Shown here: piece by piece, positions 58,385 to 64,000 of the stretch | How the letters are laid out: every line of letters begins with the position of its first letter | How positions within the stretch are numbered: the stretch's first letter is position 1 | NCBI GenBank assembly: GCA_030295235.1 | Contig: AP026172.1 | Span: 682,001 to 746,000, forward strand | DNA length: 64,000 nucleotides | Direction of reading: 5' to 3' | DNA from: Fistulifera solaris | Lineage: Eukaryota | The notes under the pieces: generated by a model | Database searches by the model: none | Told to the model about the DNA's origin: nothing | The model's input: the letters and a program-made list of their open reading frames with translations, nothing else | Translations under genes and position numbers: made by a program

Positions 58385-59824
58385 ATGACGACAAAAAATC
58401 CTAAAGCGAATCGTCGTTATTTGCAACTGTTTCTTCTGGCGACAGCGATCGTGTCCATTATGTATGCCGTAGTCTTCTTGGCTCCATCTCCGCATGTTCA
58501 TTTAGCGCACGTAGAAACTGTTTCACACCCAACGGTAGAAAAAGACAAACGATGGGATCCAGCGCCCCGCGACGAAAATGGCGTACACTATCACATTGTC
58601 TTTTCGACTGGTTGCTCTATTTATCAAGATTGGCAATCTTTTGTATTCTTTTATCATGCCATGGCAGTCAATCAACCGGGTACTGTCACGCGCATCGTTT
58701 CGGGTTGCAATGAAGAAGAGGAAAGCACCTTGCAGGCACTCTTTGATCTACAAATCAAACCCATGGCACCGGAACGCTTCAAAATACACTTTACACCCGA
58801 CTATTCCAATGTCAAGGGCGGGAAAACAAAATTTGTTTATTTCAATAAACCATTCGGTATGCGACATTGGTTACAAACCGCCCTCGGGTTCCCCTACAAT
58901 CCCATTGATGAAGACTCGATTGTCGTCTTGATGGATCCGGATCAACTCATTTTACGACCTTTTCGGGACAATGATTTTACCAATACGCAGTGGAAATTTG
59001 TACCGCCTAATCAGAAACCAAGAACCAAAATTGAACACGGCTATCCCATGGGTCAGTTGTATGGCTTTGCGTTGCAATGGAAACAGAAAATTGACATGAC
59101 GTTGGTCTCACCGAACGAACCATCTCCCGTGACGACCATGTCCAATGAAGAAGCCCGTGCGGGTTATATTGTGGGTCCTCCGTATATTGCTACTGGTAAG
59201 TAACTAGTGGATCGTACGCGTGTCGTTTGTGTGGCACAAGGACTCACTACTTCTGGAATTATCATCGAACCAGCTCGTGACATGTACAAAATTGTGAGTA
59301 AATGGTGTGAATTTGCTCCGGCGGTGCACGACCAATATCCCTATCTGTTGGCGGAAATGTTTGCGTATTGCTTAGCGGCAGCCCATTTACAATTAGCTCA
59401 CCAAACAGCCACCAGTTTCATGATCTCCGATGTCGGGGTTGGAGCGGGCGGAGAAGGGTGGGGTTACATCGATCAGATCCCCGATGAGGAGATTTGTTCA
59501 CCCAAATCCGTCGAAGAATTGCCCAATGTCATTCACTTCTGTCAGCGCTACGGTTTGGGTAAATATTTCTTTGGCAAACGACGATTACCGAAAGACTTTT
59601 TGTCTTGTGAGGCACCGTTGTTAAAGGAACCGACCTTGGCAGAAATTCAAACAGATCATGTCGATTGGCCGATGGGAGATGGGAAAGATTGGTCCAAAGA
59701 ACACGGCAAACGCAATCGCTTTGTGTTGTGCAACTTAATACCGGCCTTGAATGCGGCGGCGGAGTATTACAAGAAGCACAATTGTGGTGATCAAGCGAAT
59801 CTCGAACGGACGTACTTGTTTTAA
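58385..59824 (+). CDS. Peptidyl-serine galactosyltransferase / hydroxyproline arabinosyltransferase-like (GT96/GT95) type II membrane protein; intron 59196-59273
   Basis: N-terminal TM anchor; HIVFSTGCSIYQDWQS, GTVTRIVSGC, NKPFGMRHWL, DPD motif, AEMFAY, IHFCQRY. Confidence 0.85.
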
Positions 59825-60347
59825 TTCGTTTTTTTTGTTTTTTAATGCTAAAGTCCTGAAAGATTCGATAGGACAGAATAACCTTTGGACTTTTGAGAGT
59901 TGTTACTCCGTTTAGCCCGCGCCTAGAACTCTTCTAGAGAGATACACCTTAGCCATCGAAAAACCGCGTACAACGGAAAAACTGCCACCTGCCACACACG
60001 CGGTCTGCGCGTCGATCATCATCCATCGCTACTACGATAAACTTCTTGGGAGACTTCCGTTAGGTCTCCAACCAGGGTGAACCTCTTCCGATAGCTCTCC
60101 CGTTAGGAGAGACGTTAACTGACTACATTCAACTTTACAGTAGAGTACGCGCCATTGGATGTGGTACTAATTACTTAAAGGCCTTCCATCCATCATTAGT
60201 TCTACTTAGGTCACGCACAATAACCGCACAATCGTTCGCGTTGTGCGTTTGTTCCGTTCCGACTGCCGACAAGATGATCAGAACGCTGCATTCCTTATTG
60301 TCATAGTTGCCCTTCCGTTCCTACTGTTGCTCTTTTACAACATTAAC

Positions 60348-63300
60348 ATGTCGATCATTGAAACGAAGGAGGCGATCATTCGTCACGATTATGCAAAAAT
60401 ATGGGGCACTTCCTCCAACCGGTCCGTATGATTTTGAAAAGTTTCTCTATGACAAACCGATCCCTGAGGATGATCACGAGGAGCTTCTCCGCAGCATCGC
60501 TTTTGTGTAATGCGATCGAAAGCTCTTACGAGATGTCAGCAAGCACGGAGAAAGCCCTTGCTACGTGTGCACTTGCTGCAAAACGTTCTCACTTAAGTTC
60601 AAGGAAGAAAACGGCGAACTTCGATTGCTACACGACCATCCTAGTACTAACTTCAGGCACAGTTTGTTTTGCACTCCAACAAACGACCTCCCAAAGGACT
60701 GCCGCAGAAAATCAATGATAGTGCAGAACATTCCTGCTGTTCAAGACTTCTTCAAAACATGCTTCCAGGCACCAAACTTCGACAGTCATGCTACTCGCAA
60801 GAATCTCAACGCCGTCCTCAGGAAAGAGGGTTTCGACATCGAAGTTGGCCCGACAATGCATTCAAATCTCAAGAAACACTTCCGTGAGGTCTACCGAAAG
60901 GATTTGTTGATGTACAATGAGCTGTTGGCCCAGTATCTTCGGAAATATGTCGAGCTAAATCCAAATGCCTCCGTCAATTTAGAAACTGACCAGAACTCAT
61001 GCTTTTTTCGGTCAACTGTGTTCATTGAGAATGCCGCGCACTTCTTTAGAAATGCCTGCATTCCTGCAATCTTTTAGACGGAACACACATCCGTATACCC
61101 CGAACACGATGGAATTGGAGTCCCGATCATAGGGGTCGATGGAAATGGAAGTAACATTCCACTTGGTTTTGGGTTGATTCCCTCGGAAAACAAGCAAGGG
61201 ATGATATATATCCTTCTCATGATGTATCAAGCTGGGTTCAATTTCGAAGAGTTTCCAGTATTCACTGACCGAGGACACATTCTCACGCTGTCCGAGCGTT
61301 GGCAGAACATTATGGACTGGTTGTTTCCGTGAAGTATTGCTTGATTCATATTCTTCAAACATTTACCATCTATTCAATATCAATCAACGATCGCTGAGAG
61401 GGCAGAGCGGTCGCTTGGTTTATGCGCGAGATGCAAAGCGCTCCAGATGTTAACGCCTTCTTGGATGCTGCGAAGAAGCTTGTCAAAGCGCTTCCACAAA
61501 TTGAAGAAAACGAAACTCTTAGTACCGGTGCGAATTGTTATCTATGTTCTTGGGACAATTCATCCTACTCATTGGACTGTGTTTGGAAATACACCGAGTC
61601 AACATGAATCTATGTGGGAGCCCCTATATTTTACCTATCTAGCTGAAGTGAATGGCTTCACAGAGATAAGTGGAGACGTCGACGAATGGAGGTGGTTGCT
61701 CAACGATCACGTGCCAGTTGGAAACAAGTTCCCTTTATATGGTTTCTGTTCAACAAATCATGTCGAATCGGCCCAGCAGTGGCTTCTACATCATGAAGTG
61801 AGGACTAATACCCCTCCACTAGCCATTTCTAACTTTTTTGATGGCGGCTGCCGAATCTCTTCGACAATTTCGAGATGAAATAACAACCAAATCTGCTAGG
61901 TTCCTCACCATATACTTTCGAAGCTTGCAAGATACAGGCAATGAAGATCTAGATTTTGTAATAGAGGATGCTGAAGGATGCCCCGATGGCAGTTTGAAAT
62001 TCAAATTGTGCAGCTGAAAAGCACAAGAAGACGGAGTATGTTACTTATGAACCCACGAGCACTCCGTCCCTGTACTGCTCCTGCAGTAGAACAGCGATGC
62101 GGGAAATCTACTGCGGCCACATCAACCTTGTTTCACGTACAAGATCCTCAACTTGGCCCTCAATCCCACCCTCTGTGTTTTCGCAATTCTACGAAGAGTT
62201 TGGAAAAGTTCCGACAAGTGGTGATCGCCGGCTTCCTTACAGAGTTTCTTAACAACTATCCAGCGACTTGACGTCCCGGGATTTGGGGATATCAAGCTTG
62301 CTTATCAATCAGAAAACATTTATCCATCACCAACTTACACTGACAAGCTTAACTCGGGGAACAGAATAATCAGTAATGGTGAACCGGGACCACGTAAGTC
62401 AAAGAAAAAGAAGCAATCGGCGCTGGAATCAGCACGAATGACAAAGGAGTATGAGCCAAGTTCAAAGAACAAGCTCAGTCGAAATAACGATGCAATAGCA
62501 GAAGCGATTGCCGCCGATGGTCTGTTTGATTTTGGGACCAAACCAAAGGCGGAACACATGCAACAGCTAGAATCAACTCTTGGACGCTAAACGTAGAGAC
62601 GGCAAGCCCTTACCTCGGCACTGCTTTCACTGCAGATCACCGAATCACACAATTCGACAGTGTCTGGACTACCTCAAAGATGATCGAAGGTACATGGATC
62701 CTGCATTACTTGAAACTGGCGCAATTCTGGTCAACCATTTCCCAACATGCGTCATTGACATGGATGCAGGAATTACTTCTGAAGATTTGGACAACGATGA
62801 TACCTCCGGAGGACATGGCCTTCACAATATTGACAAGATTGGCTTAGTAGAAGACTCTGATGCAGCCAATGCCATTGTCCAGTCACGGATTTTAAAGCTT
62901 ACTGGAGAAGACGCTGCAGAAATTCACGCTGAAGACGACAACGAAAATAACTATCTTCTGGATATGGACCTTGCTCCGTCAGGTAGTAACCGAGATATTG
63001 TAGTAATTATTCGTGACAAGGATTACACGGAAAGAAGAAGTCACGAACAAGAATTGACCATGGTTGATGATGTCGAGGTAGGCATCCATGACGATTCCCG
63101 TCTGAACAGTGCACACTCGGGTCATCTGTCGACAATTCTAGAGGATGAAGATGTGGAACCAAGCACCGCACATAATGCTTTTGCCTCAAGTCCCGCAACA
63201 ACAGAATATTCAGTAAATGAAATGCCAACAACTAGAACAAAGAGGAGATCCAAACAAGTAACGAATTTAAAAGCATGAAGGCAAGTCCATCTACCGCAAA

Positions 63301-64000
63301 GTCATCGATATTGAAGACAGCGACCGCATCCAGACCGAATTTGAAACCACCGCCGACCACAACAGCTTGTGCTTCCAGTCCAGCAACAACAGATTTTTCA
63401 TTAGTCAAAATGGCAACGAGAAAGAGGAAACGGCCGAAACAGCCACCAAATCAAAAAGCTGAAGGAACAAGTCCCGCCACAACTGATTCGTCAATCTTTG
63501 AGAGGCCGACCATGAAGAGTCAAAATCTGAAGCCACCACCTGATATCAGAGCTCATGCCTTGACTATCGAAGTCTTCAATGAATGAGAATACAACACAAA
63601 AAAGGAAAAGATCGAAACTGACAGCAAATTCCAGAGCCAAAGGCCCGACTCATGCCCGTAAAAAAGAAGTTGAAACCGCCACCGATTGCAGAAGCAAAAG
63701 CAGGAAGTCCCGCCACAGCAGTTTCTTCCATAGTTGAGATGCCAACTATGAAGAGGGGTAATCTGAGAGCACTGCCAAGATCTCATTCAAACAGTCCAAC
63801 AACCGAAGTATCACGATTCCTGAAGATATGATTATAAAGATACCGAAGACAGAACCCACTAATGCAAGTCCCGCCACGTCTGCTAGTGACGATTCATCAC
63901 ATGTATTTAAAAGGCGATTAGACATCCAAAAGAAGAATGCAAGTCCCGCCAAATCCGGTAATCTCAGTGACGATTCGTCGCATTTCCTGAAAATGCCGCT
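60348..64000 (+). mobile_element. Mutator-like (MULE) DNA transposon, decayed transposase plus CCHC knuckle; runs off the window
   Basis: Catalytic set across frames: F(L)DGTH, GVDGNGSNIPLGFGLIPSEN, FTDRG, YCLIH (CxxH), STNHVES; upstream Cys/His finger; CFHCRSPNHTIRQC at ~62620. In-frame TAA at 60508 plus many frameshifts. Confidence 0.82.
63188..63985 (+). repeat. Imperfect dispersed repeat (AGTCCCGCMAC core; SPAT peptide) x6 in the MULE 3' region
   Basis: agtcc(c/a)gc(a/c)a at ~63189, 63377, 63470, 63707, 63867 and 63942, with similar flanks (e.g. agtgacgattc(a/g)tc twice). Confidence 0.75.

Noticed and set aside
59830..60340. Terminal inverted repeat of the MULE
   Set aside because: The other end lies outside the window, so no TIR or TSD can be shown.
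63188..63985. CRISPR-like array
   Set aside because: The repeats are short, degenerate, irregularly spaced and peptide-coding; the context is eukaryotic and there are no cas genes.

Overview
This is gene-dense eukaryotic nuclear DNA, almost certainly from a diatom. It has short GT-AG introns, ASAFAP-type plastid presequences, a fucoxanthin-chlorophyll antenna gene and a nuclear psbM. A degenerate gene at ~7-8 kb resembles a family I recall from the pennate Fistulifera, which is unverified. About 30 protein genes and one tRNA-Ala(CGC) are present. Recognisable genes: three UPF0187-type bestrophins, a CMTR1-like cap methyltransferase, Lhcr, PsbM, a sugar porter, UBE2K/Ubc1, ACSBG, QCR9, a presequence-bearing mitochondrial-carrier-family protein, a MYND+UBE3D-like protein, Grx5, Mpv17, DNA polymerase eta, Derlin, XPC/Rad4, a BAH-ELM2-SANT protein, PEX16, LysA, CdsA, an MFS transporter and a GT96/GT95-like glycosyltransferase. 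Two transposon relics are present: a 5'-truncated LINE at 19.7-21.0 kb and a MULE transposase from ~60.3 kb to the window end. Many conserved genes are broken by single-base indels, mostly in homopolymers, which looks like an unpolished assembly, so gene models were rebuilt by hand. The most unusual objects are: (i) a ~1,660-aa plastid-targeted HAD/PyrP2-like probable pseudo-phosphatase with five tandem cap domains and a ~1,000-aa acidic helical N-terminus; (ii) the bestrophin triplet next to Lhcr and psbM; (iii) a QCR9 with a presequence and a 16-residue acidic tail; (iv) a LINE whose candidate target-site duplication allows an in-frame rebuild of a disrupted plastid-protein gene; (v) a secreted Cys-repeat protein and an intradiol-dioxygenase-like protein missing Fe ligands. 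Family calls come from motif recognition only; no searches were run.
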